A stretch of 63,999 nucleotides of DNA, counting the filler, from Craspedostauros australis (taxonomy: Eukaryota): the NCBI GenBank assembly GCA_030167865.1. It is 7 parts of 7 records of this genome, joined end to end, with 100 filler letters (N's around TTAATTAATTAA, not from the genome) between each part and the next. Parts side by side here need not be neighbours in the genome. Positions count along the whole stretch, not along the records: positions 10,491 to 18,867 come from JALAGF010003415.1; positions 18,968 to 32,664 come from JALAGF010003416.1; 5 more parts are not named here. One strand, given 5' to 3'. The notes beneath the pieces were generated by a model. It was not told where the DNA came from. It was given only the letters and a program-made list of their open reading frames with translations, and did not search any database. Of this stretch, positions 10,491-21,994 are shown piece by piece; position 1 is the stretch's first letter, and every line of letters begins with the position of its first letter. The translations under genes were made by a program, and so were the position numbers.

Positions 10491-12518
10491 CGCGAAGGAT
10501 CGGTGGATCAATGGAGCAACCTTTGCATGGAGTACTTGTAGTAGTACTCGTTCTTGCGCTCGTATGCAGGATTGATACGTTCGCACGTTGGGTTGATCGT
10601 GTCTGGAATTGCCATTGCTTTCGTGAGATTTCGCCGGCATATGTACCAGCAGAATGGCGGATTCCAAACTCGGAGCGTATCCTGTTGTGTTCCTTCGCTC
10701 TTGATCTTGCTTTTGACCTTGATCATGTTCTAAGACGGTCTCGCAGCATCACGAGAGAGAGGCACTTCACTTCACATTGAAGAGGAGTGCGTGTTGCTGA
10801 TTGTGAGTATCTGATTTGGTTTGTTGGTGGTTGGGGCGAAGCAGATCGGAGTGGCGATAGTTGCGTATGAAGCGAGTCAGCGAGTGGACCAACCATTTGT
10901 GCTCGCTGATGTTACCTTTTTGGAATAGAACAATATAAAACATATCTTGTCAATCCTTGTAGTGTAAATTGCATAATCGAAAGCAAAGAATGTTTCTTAA
11001 AGTTTATATTTTAAGTTTTATGGACCATCGAAGATATGGAGTCACTTGGGTCAAACAGAACAGTGCACCGTCTTTACTCTTGAAAATTTTTCTTTGGTGT
11101 TCTGTGCGAATAGCAGAAGGTGTCCACTCACGCTCTTGATTCCAGTTTCCTTCTCGCTTGTTCGTTGCAATGTCTATCGCAGAAGAATAGAAGTGGTCCG
11201 AAGAAGAACGTGATACCGGGTCCGTAAGACTTCAAATAGGCTATTATTCAAGAAACTAATTGCTCCTTGTAATAAAGACACTGCAAGGATTACAAATATA
11301 TGATTTCTTAGGTTGTTCCCTGATATGATATGAAGCCAAGATGTACCATACTTTTCGTTTACGAACTATGCCGGCTGGATGCAAAATCGAACGCAAGCGA
11401 CGGTTGTGATTGGCTATTTTCAGGACAAACTTCTTCAAGTCGTGCATCCTGGGCTCAAGCCACAAATTTGTTGTTTCTTCGACGAAACTCGAACTCTGCG
11501 CACGGCAAGTCATGGCAACAGCACTCTATCGTCAGCTACGACGTGAGTATGAAGCGCGACAGCGGTCCTCGCCTGCACACAATAAGAGAACCCTTGGAGA
11601 TTGACGAAACTGTAGCAACCACTCTTCCACTCGCTTGCGTTCTTGCCATGGTATTTGCAACACTCGCCACACCGCGATCTGATGGGGCTCCCGAAGCAGA
11701 CGAGTTCCGAGCAGCCAAAGGAAGCAACACAAGGAGCAGCAACAACAGCATCGATGGAAGCGTCCAAAACCCACGCAAGTGATGGACAGGATGGCCTCGT
11801 GAGCGCATCCTCTACTGTGCATGGGCCAGCCAGTTCATACACAACGTGATATTTGATGCAGTGGCGGTTGCAGTTGTATCATGGCTTGCAAGGACATGAC
11901 TTGTGCCTTGCTCGTTCATCGCATTGTCGCACCGAACTCAAAAGACGCGATTGATCATGCAGATGAGAAGTTGGAAGGAATGCTGAAGGGCAGCATGGCA
12001 GAACCAGAAGAGATGAAAGTGGTGCTCAATCATGCTGGCAACATACTTGGCGCTATTTCGTGATCTCCCATTCGCTGCAGTCATTAGGCGATTATCGACT
12101 GGTGGTTTCGTTTGCAGCTGTGGCAATTAGTGAGAGCAGAGCAGAGTAGCCCATCGACCACTTCCATTGGCGTGATGGGGCAACAGAGAACAGACTAGCA
12201 AAATAGCACAGCAACACATACTCAGAGTACATAGTGATTACGACTGCATGGTGAGTGCTTGTTGTATCAAGTGTTCTCGTTGAGCTAGAACACCATTGCG
12301 ACGATCCCAGCAATCGCCAATTGCAAAATTCAATGAAGCATCACCAGAAACACAATACAGAATATGACTACAGCGTCGTTGTTGTACCAGCAAACAGGCA
12401 TCAGACCTGAAGAGTCTACTCGTGTTGTGTCATTCTGCTCGACAGCTATATCCAATTCACGCGGCTTCAACTGCTTCGTCGATCAAAAGGAAATCAACTC
12501 TGCTTCGGCATATGGTGC

Positions 12519-13154
12519 AGAAGAAAATCCGGATAGCTGGCCCCATGGTGGACCCGATGTAGATCTGGTCAAAGTTCTGTCACTGCTATTTTTCAGTAGT
12601 GACGTCAAAAAGTTGGCAGCCAGTTGGGTGTTGGCAACCACCTGATTGTGCTCATTCTCGACGTTTCCGACGGCGACGTTGAGACACATGATCTTCGTTG
12701 TCTGGAACGTGATGGCGGCCTTGATCTCGTCGATCTTGCCTTGCATGTCATCTCCCAAGGCCAGAAGGGTTGGGAACTTGCCTTCCTTCGCCCAACCCGG
12801 TCACAACAGACGCGGGTTCTGCTTGATCATGTTGGCGGAGGCGATGCAGAAATCGAATCATTTGGCCAGCTTCTTGAGGTCCTCTACGTTCAGTTTGTCG
12901 GCCTGCTCGCAATGGGCTGCGTTCTCGAGGATGCAGCACTTGAGGTTGGGGCGCTGGACGGATGGGAGTTTGAAGGTTCCGGAGAAACGCTTGTTGCAGA
13001 CTGGGTCGCAGTTGATCTGGGCCTCGATGGTCTCGATGAAGTTGCGCTTCTTGCCATCCTTCTCTTCGCCACCGACTGTGACAGTCTCTCCGCTGGAGCA
13101 GGCGAGGATGTCAGTGACGGCCTTGTCGAGGAGCGCGGAGTTGAGCTTGGACAT
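12519..13154 (-). pseudogene. RPL10A: 60S ribosomal protein L10a (uL1) pseudogene
   Basis: MSKLNS...KKRNFIETIE.Q...DP...KRFSGTFKLP, then IKAAITFQ..KIMCLNVAVGNV, LAANFL.SLL and STMGPAIRIFF, spread over several frames with stops and internal deletions. Confidence 0.88.
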
Positions 13155-13854
13155 GGTTGTTGATGCTTGTTGGGGTATTGCGATTGCGCTGTGGACACAC
13201 TTTCCGAGTGATGATGGGAGGGACTAGTGAAACACTATACTCCGCTGTGTGGCTCTGCGTATGCCAACGATCATTGCGCATCATTGTGCGTCATGTTGCG
13301 GTGCGATGTTGTCGTCGTCACCGCTGTGAATGGCCGAGAAGGCGACGCCGAAGATGCAGGTGAGCAAAAATAGGATCAAGTGGTCATGTCAGCGTTGTTG
13401 AAGCTGAAGGATGCCATTGGTTGAAGGGTTCCCACACAGTATGAAGTATCGTATCGAATGGCTGATGGCATTCATTGTTCCGCGCGCTCCTCACAGCCAT
13501 CTTGTTGCAATTCGCAACTGCCCAAACGGCCGCAACAGGAGCATTCGGTCATGGTCGTTTCGACCGAGTGCGTGGAGTTGTGTATGTGGAGGTGTTGGTG
13601 TTGTTTTGTCGCGTTGTTTTGTCGCGTTGGCGCGTTCCAGTTAGAGCAAGCAGCCTGCGTCTGTCACTCAACCGTTGGTCATCTTTTGTCCGTGAACCAA
13701 TCATCAACCAAGATTGCGATCATCCAAATCAACCAACAACAATCGCGACACGCACCACGTCTGGCATCAAAAGATGATGGAGGTCACCATTGCGCGCACT
13801 TGCGATGAACAACAATAGTAACAATAGTTCTCTGGCTGCACCGTTGCATGCACC

Positions 13855-14450
13855 GTGGGGAAGCTGAACCAGAACAAGCGTGATACATTCTACCGAAAGG
13901 CCAGAGAAAGGTTGCAGAGAGCGATCAGCCTTCGAGCTGTTGCCGGTCGATGCCGAGTTTGGGATCTTCGATGGTGTGATGCATGCTGTGGATCTATGCG
14001 CGGCACCTGGTGCCTGAAGTCAGGTGCTGTCTGCTCTTTGCCTCTTCGGTGACATCAGCAACACCAACTACATCAAGATCGCCGCTGCGGACGTCCAACC
14101 AGTGACACCCATCGACGGGGTTCTGTGCATTCAAGGCGACAAGACGTCGATTGACACTGTCAAAAGCCACTTTCACCCGGATGTCACTGGATTGCACGAC
14201 CTCGATGAATACCAGATGCAGGACACACGTCTTTGTCGCCAAGACCTTTCCTTCCCGCATCTGTGGTCTCCTGTGATCTGCCACTCGATGGGATAGTGCG
14301 CATTCGGAGGTATTGGGAGAAATCGTGCAGTCGCTGACGTGCAGCGTTCTGTCCAAGTGGAAGCTGACAGGGAGCACCTTCATCCAATCACATGGATGGT
14401 GGCGGAGGCCGTTCGGAGGAAGCGCGGGCCTCTATCCCTCCCAACCCTTG
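13855..14450 (+). pseudogene. TRM7: FtsJ-family tRNA 2'-O-methyltransferase (Trm7/FTSJ1) pseudogene
   Basis: The start codon reads [29 protein letters not shown]-like, [31 protein letters not shown] and FVAK are interrupted by frameshifts and stops. The 3' end is approximate. Confidence 0.8.
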
Positions 14451-15413
14451 GACATTTCCTCTTGCGTGCATGCGCCTGATTCACCAGCAGGTTGCATGTA
14501 GCATAATGGACGAAGCGGGATCGCATGCTCCCCGTCAAATGCAGCAACGCGCGGACGATAGGGAGCGAATGCCACGGTCAGCACGGGTGACGAACAAAGC
14601 ACGAGTTTCTTTCAGCAGGTAAGCAACGTTGGCAGCTTTCTTCTCAGCATTTGTTTGCATGCGGTCCTCGATTGCATTCGTCTTGCGATTTCTTTCCAAT
14701 GTTACAGCACGCACACAACCCTCCTCTTTGGAGAACCCGCGCGATACGAAACACGGTGGAGGTGCGGATCTGTGCCTCGTCTGTTTCGACAGACAATCTG
14801 TAACAGATCCCTCGCTTCATCAGTCCTGCGCCACATTGACCGACACGATTTGCCCTTGGTGTGTCGATATCGCTTCCACGAGACACCAAGCTTCACATTG
14901 TGTCGACATACGTATGTATCATTCGTACGCACCCATGCTGCGACGATTGATGGACAAGCGGCTCGCGCTTGCAATACTTGCGCTCATATCAGTTTCATCA
15001 TTCCTTTCTACACATGTACCAAGATGCCGAGCAGTCCTGAAACAGACATCACACCAAAGTTGGGACACAAGTCGCCAAGTATGATCGACATGGGCGTAGA
15101 ACAACGCAGGGTCAGGCTGGGCATGTGCATTTGTGTAGAACGCACAAGAATGTATCAAGCATTTGTCGTGAGCTTCATGCCCAGCCTTATTAGTGCCATG
15201 ATCTTGCTCAATGCAAGAGCCCATCCTCGGTATCAATACTCTGTACGTAGAAGCGGAAACCCGCAGCAGGAATGCCCACACCTACTCGTACATTGGCGTA
15301 AAGCACGCAGCGACGAAACTAATGCAGGAAAACATTAATCGCTATTGTAGCTCGTCGTAGTCTGCTGCAGCACCAAATGGCTCATGCATCCTTCCATTCA
15401 TGTTGACATCCGT

Positions 15414-18400
15414 TTACTCATGATCTGTTAGAATCGAGACATCCTCATCTTGGGACGTCTCATCCGTACCCTTATTGCGGGTGTACCTCGCTTCAACAGT
15501 GTGTGTCAGGCTTCTGGCTGTTGATTGCTTCCGTCCGACACTTCCTACCATCACGCTCTGAACGTCTGTGCCAAAGTGCAGCTGGAGACGGTTGGTGGTT
15601 GCTCGCAGATACGGAGGGAGTGTCGCTATGTCGGACAGCGGTTCCTGTATCTTGATGAGCCGGCCAACCTGCGCTTGGTCGATATACCTTGAGTGCCTCT
15701 GCAGAAGATCATCGACCTTGGCTGTGGCTCCCCATCGGTGGTAGTATGTGCATGCTTGAGTCATGTACTTGGTGGCGTCGGCGTCCATCTTCAGGAGGAT
15801 CAGGTAATTCGCAAAGCGTTCGCATGCAAGCCCAGCCTCGTGGACGTGGCCAACTTCGCTCGACACGTAGATCGCATCCCGGAATGCCGCCTTGACTGCA
15901 TCAATGCTGGTCTTGTCACCTTGCTTCGATGTTGCTGCGATGTATTCGGCCCGGATGATGAGATGCCTGTTCTTGTGGCATTCACCCCTTGTGGTCCAGG
16001 CTGATTTGCTGTTCTTGTAAGTGGTCTTGAGCAGTCGCTTGAACTTGGAACGCTTGGTGTCACGGTATAACGAGGCAGCCATTAGGCCGACGTAAAGGAA
16101 CCGAGCACTTTGATAATGGTATCCTGGATCGTCGGAAGCATCCTTGTTGAGGCGTTCAAAGAGTGGGAGCATGGCATCAAACCTCTGGAAGTAGGTGGCC
16201 AGGAGGATTCTGGCCAAATACCCAGCAAGAAGGACGAAGGCGGTCTCCAGCGTTTTGGTGACACCCCCACCAAAGTGGGCAACTTCATCCCAGTCTATCT
16301 TGTTTTTCCCAAGCAGGATCGCCGGGACGTTGCCGTGCTGCTTGGACCAGTTTATTTGCGATGACACTTTGAATAGTGCCATCTGCTCAAACATCGACTT
16401 GTATGACTGTTCCATCTCTTGCACGGGATACCCCTCCCCTGAAGCGACCGTGTTGCCGCATTGCCAGCAGAAGAAGGCAGTCTCGAAGTCGCCCTGCTGC
16501 ATGCAGGCAGGATAGCCTCGATGCATTTTCTCAATGATCGAAGCTGCTGGTTCATGCCACCCAGATACGAAGAGGCCATTGATCATGTCGACCCATGCCT
16601 TGATGTAGGGGTCACGATTCCGTCGTATGATGGCATTCGCTATGCCAGCAAGGCGTACCGCCATGTCTTGATTGCCTAGGCCAGCTTGTACTGCGCCGAA
16701 GCTGACAAAACCCAAGGCAGCCTCTGGACAAAGTCCGTGGTGGATCGCCATCCGTACTGTCTTCATCGATGACATCATCCATTCCACCGCTTCTCCTCCG
16801 GTGAACGCACAGACCATGATCTGGAACATGAACTTGTTCATGACCTTCTTCTTGTTGTCGCGCAATTCTGGAAGTGCCAGGATCTGCTCGTCGGTGTGCT
16901 TCGCAAAGTACACCTTCAGCAAACACAGATCCCGAATCACGTGAAGCAAATATCCTCGCTTGGGGTACTTTCCGAGCAAGCGGATAGCTCTCCTGCTCAG
17001 CTGCATGCAGATATTTTGCTTGTCCTCCCTTGCGTATGCTGCTGCCATACAGGAGTATACCGGAAGCTTCTGCTCGATCGTTTCTGCCCTCTCCAAAACC
17101 TCTTGACCCAAACCATACCCGAGCTGGTAATGGCCCAGAGTGAGCTCTGCGTCAGCTCGGAGCTGATGTAGACGAAGCGAAAGATCGTAATAATCTTCCC
17201 ACGGGCTGCGGAGCCTGCGGAATGCATTGTGAGCCAGCTGCAAGTACACGGCGGCCGGTGCCATCGCTGCCATCTTCAATGCCTGCTCTCCGACTTCCAA
17301 GTTGAGCTGAAGCGAGAATAGATGATCCTTGGTTGGTATGCAGTTGAGATGATCGGCGGCAACGAAGAGCAGGCTCGCATCGATGGTTGGGAGTGGCCGG
17401 ACATCACCGTCGCTGCTGCTGCTTCTGGACGTGGATAAAGATGTCGGTGTTGTTGCAAGCGGAAGTTGGTTCTGTTCGCAGTACAACCTCCAGATGTGCA
17501 AGCCGATCCGATGTTTCAGCTTGCTTCTCGTTTCGCCGAATGGGACGAGTCCCAATGCTGCCTGCTGGATGCGATCATGGGCGAAACGGAATGTCTTGCT
17601 CCCGACTGTGTTGGAGAGGAGACCTTCCAGCACCGCCTGTTCCAGCTGATCCAACAGTGCCATTGAGCCCATTCCAGATGTTGGGAGCGTCTCTGCTGCT
17701 CCTCCGCCTCCATCGTGCTTGGTGGTGTCCGAGTCTGCAAAAACGAAACCGTCTATCGGAGGCTTATGAGTGCTCTCTTCTCTCAGCACAGACTCCAGTA
17801 GATCGAAATCAAAGCTGAAGCGGATGTACGACGCGATGATCAGCGCTGTACGAAGCTCGGCGGGCTGGTTGTTGAGCTTCATCGCCATGAGCTGGACCAC
17901 GTTGCCTGCAGATGCGAATGTTCGCGCCCGAAGCTGTTTGTCTCCATCTTGGGACATGCTCAGATCGTTGCTGCCGAGGGATGCATCATCAGGGATATGC
18001 CACTCCCATTGGAACGAGATGCGGCTGTACACGACGGCATTGCACCGCTCAAGCTCCTCCAGGAGCTGCAGCATGAAGAAGACGTTGCCTTCCGTCTTGG
18101 CGTAGATCTTGGATGTCAACGGTTGCAGCTCCTCCACTTCGCGGTCAAGAAGCTGCGACAGCCACAGTCCGACATCATCCTGCGTCATGTTGGTGAGATG
18201 GATGTCGGTCCATACCGCGCTTGCGTCTTGTGCTCCTGATGGTTTGGGCCAGGATTGGGGATGATTGGGAGACGCATGGTCTTCGGCATGATGTTGAGAG
18301 CTATGCAGCTTGTCAAACATGCTGGCAAGTGGAGACAACGATTCCAGCTCCAAGGTTTGGTTGGTGTGTGGATTTTCTTCCTGGCGGATGGCACCGATCA

Positions 18401-18867
18401 AGAGGAAGTTGCTGAGCTGCTTGTCTTGCAGCAAGGTGGTGAGAAGATCCAAGGCCACTTGGGAGCTCCACTGCATGTCATCAAGGAACATGACGACTGG
18501 TCGCTTCCTCGTTGCGATGGCCTTGATGAATGTTCCGAACATGTACTGTAGCTTGTTCCATGCCTTGTCGCTGGAGGCCACCATCTGCTCCACGGCATCA
18601 CTTTCGAGGTTGGAGCCTGTGCGTTGGTTTCCTCCTTGGATTTGATCTCTTGTCGATGATACTGCAGATGATGGTGGTGCCGGCGATGCTCCTCCACCGG
18701 CCTTCCTTCCCTTGCTTGCCTTCTTCTCGCACAGCCCATCATCATGCGAGGACTTGGTCTCCAGCAAGGATGCGATGGATGGTACCATGGTTGCCATTGT
18801 TTGGACTTCGCCGTCCAGAGCATTGCGAATGATGTCGGTCATCCGTTGGCGTTCATCTTTGGGTCCG
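15414..18867 (-). CDS. STAND-type (AAA_16-like) ATPase with winged helix and C-terminal TPR-like repeats, related to the core of bacterial kinase-AAA-GAF-HK proteins (5' partial)
   Basis: Frame is open to the contig edge. Walker B VVMFLDDMQW, KTEGNVFF, FRFAHDRIQQAA, LNLEVGEQA, HEAGLACERFA and YHRWGATAKV are present. Walker A would lie beyond the gap. Confidence 0.85.
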
Positions 18868-21800
18868 NNNNNNNNNNNNNNNNNNNNNNNNNNNNNNNNN
18901 NNNNNNNNNNNTTAATTAATTAANNNNNNNNNNNNNNNNNNNNNNNNNNNNNNNNNNNNNNNNNNNNGTGGTTGTGTGGATGTGTTGTTTCCACTGCGAT
19001 CCTTGTCATCGGTGTTGTTTCTGTCAATTGTGCTTGATTCTGTCAAGTGTTGCTTTCTTCCAAGTACAATTGTACGAGGACCTAGTACTGCCACGAAAGA
19101 GTGGAGCAGTAGTTGCGCGCATTCGTGTGCACTCGTACGGTTTCGATTATCGCTCTGTCGTTGCTTTTCTTCGCTTTCTCCGTTTCCTTCTTCTGCCCTG
19201 GACGACAGCATCGAATGTCGTGATGGGAACCGGCAATGATTGTGACGCCATTGTGTGATTGCGTGTCGGGCGTGATGTCGTGCGAGCTGCTTGCCTGAGT
19301 CTGTTTCGTTTGTTCTTCTCCGAAGCCGCGGCGCAATTCTGCACGGAATTGACATTCGTGATGTGGAGCAAGCTGACACTTGGCGCTGCCTTCGCAGAAC
19401 GGCTAATCGGGTTTATGAGAACCTCTTTGGGCTTAATGACCCTCTCGGATTGGCCTAGAGACCATCAGCGAATGACGTATGACACGTACGTAAGTTCAAT
19501 AGGACTAAAGAAATAGACCCATTCCGAGCGATTCTTCGTGATTGCGCAAGGATGACGCCGCACGCCAATCGTGACATGACACGCGATTTCTTCCAAATAC
19601 CAAATAACCTCACACAAAATCGCGTCGCCCGTACAAAAGCCAAATAACGGAACATCACACCTCCTCAGTCCGCGTGTAGCCGGAGACGCAACAACGGAGA
19701 GATGGAGATAGATAGATAGATAGATAGATCATGGGATGAAGATACCTACGAGCGCAGATGGGATCTCAGCATTGCGCATCGGAGGATTTTCTATGAGATG
19801 AGACCAAGACGTGCAGAACATGTCCGCATGATGTCTCAAGCTGCAGTCTTAAAGTATAGCAGAGCAGAGTAGGTAGAGTAGAATGAAACGGTCGTATGAA
19901 GTGCCGCTGTGCTATCATGCTCCTGCCCCCTCAGTGCCGAACCGAGTTGTTGGGAGACGAAGCTGGTGAACTGACATGCAAGCCGATGGAACGCCTCCCA
20001 ACAGGACCCGCACAAGAATAGTATGGAGAGTCTCACGAGGAGGTGGTCGTTGGCTGGCTTCATGCAAGCCCCATCTTGGAGACGTGCAGCGAGCGAGAGG
20101 AGAACAATGGGAAGAAGCGATGACTGGAGGAAAGAGAGAGCACAACAGAGGTATGAAGATCCATGGAGAGAGAGATTGGGAGACAGAATGCTGGTACGAA
20201 TGTACTATTACACCACGCCTGCCATCCTACCGCTGCACTCCATACTCGCACAGCCATCGACGAGAACAACAGAAACAAGATCCCATCAAAGAGGCGACGA
20301 GGAAGGAGAAAAGAAGGAAGAAGGAAGAAGACGAAGAAACAAATGCCAACGGTTGGAGTATTGGGATGGCACCACCATCCAGGGTGGCCTGTCTTGGTCA
20401 GGAGATCGCTGCTGGTGCATCTGGTTTATCAAGTGTGACAAGAGTTCTACAGGACTCCAGTCATCCATCATCGTGGAGTGATCTTGGTTCCAGTGCGGTT
20501 CTGCACCCCAAGAACCAAAGTGTTAACCTGCTCTTGGCCCTTGGCTCGCTGTTCATGTCCCCCCTCGTGCTCCATTTCTGGCCGCGGGACGCATCATCGC
20601 CCACGCACATCCCTGTCGAGGCGAGAGGGAACATCGCTTCCCGGTCCCTGGCCAACCTCAACCTCTGCTCATTATCTGCTCCACATCAGGGTTCTGGTTT
20701 GACATGTTGGAGGAATGATGTCAGCTCGAAGATTCAAGATACAGCGCACAACTCGTCCGTGGCGAGGTCCCAAGCGCGCTCCACCATCGCTGGTCCGTGT
20801 CTCCAGCGAGGCGCAGAACCGAACCGTGAGAAGGCAAGCGCGGCATTCCAGTGGCCAATGCGATGCTGTTTCCCATGCGACAATGACTTGCGCCAACAGC
20901 TACCGTATCCGCTTTGGCTGCGAACATGACGTCTGCGGCGTTTGTCCCTTTCTGCGTGTCCAAAGTACGAGTGGTGCAGGTCGACGTGACCGTGGTCCTC
21001 CAGAGGAGGCGGTAGAGGTTAGTACAGCGAGGCATTGGTACGTACGGCACCATGGGCATGTGGGTGTCGGTTGCACAACACACGGAGCAGATACGGTAAA
21101 GGAATTGTGTGGTATCTGTACCTGGACTTCACGAGTAGACTGCTCTTGGCGCCGATCCAATCGTTGCCGCCGCCAAGAGAGGCAACAAGAAGCATTGTGC
21201 GTCAGGTATGCATGATAGTGCCACGTTCTCACAAGCACAATCCCACACCACAACTGCCTTGCTTTGGCAGTTTTGGAAACTCAGTTTCTTCAGGCGAACG
21301 GTCACACTGGGGAACCATACAACCAGCGGTGCAAGTACGAGTACTTGACGTAGGCGCACCAGTATGTATGGACTGATTCATGAGAATGGCAGCTCGCGCG
21401 GGCAGAAAGGGAGACACATCATCACAGTGCTTACGACAAGTGAGGCCAATGCTCTGATGTGTCATGCGTGCGTGTGCAAAACGCTGCCGTGGATGTCCCG
21501 AACCCACAATGCACTCAGGCATGTGGTACCCCACAACCGGAACACCGACAATGTTGATGGAATCCCTACCAATTTGCTCGGAGGCAGCGGACAATGGCTC
21601 GGGAGCCACGTCAAATCGCATCGAGAACATGGAGATTGGGAAGTTCACTCTGTGCCGCATCACAAGGGAGGCTGATGATGGAACAAAGATGAGGAAGGTC
21701 GTTGTACCGGCTCATGGCAACGGGGCATCACCTTTGTTTATCCGGACGAGTACTGGTAACACTCAATTTTATCATGACACCATGCAACGGTGGATTAATG

Positions 21801-21994
21801 GCCTACGTCATTACTCGTGGTACCTCCAGCACCGCTCTGGACGCGCATGTGATGACAATCTTGTACCACCTCCAAGCTACTGCCTTGCGTGGGGCGGTGC
21901 CATCTATGTGTGGCGTGGTGCGGCGCGAGTATGCATCGTCGTCACTACCCTCTTCGCCAATTCTGTCGTGCCGCCACAATCTGCCACATCAGCT

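Noticed and set aside
10491..12130. Short protein-like ORFs (10508-10726, 11881-12063)
   Set aside because: Too short, interrupted by stops, and no family recognised.
14131..14165. QGDKTSID peptide shared by the TRM7 pseudogene and the STAND protein (~15895-15925)
   Set aside because: The codons differ and the TRM7 sequence derives from the family IQGDIT motif. Most likely coincidence.
19976..21900. 317-aa and overlapping ORFs downstream of VIP1
   Set aside because: No recognisable domain or consistent coding frame. Possibly decayed sequence, but it cannot be supported.
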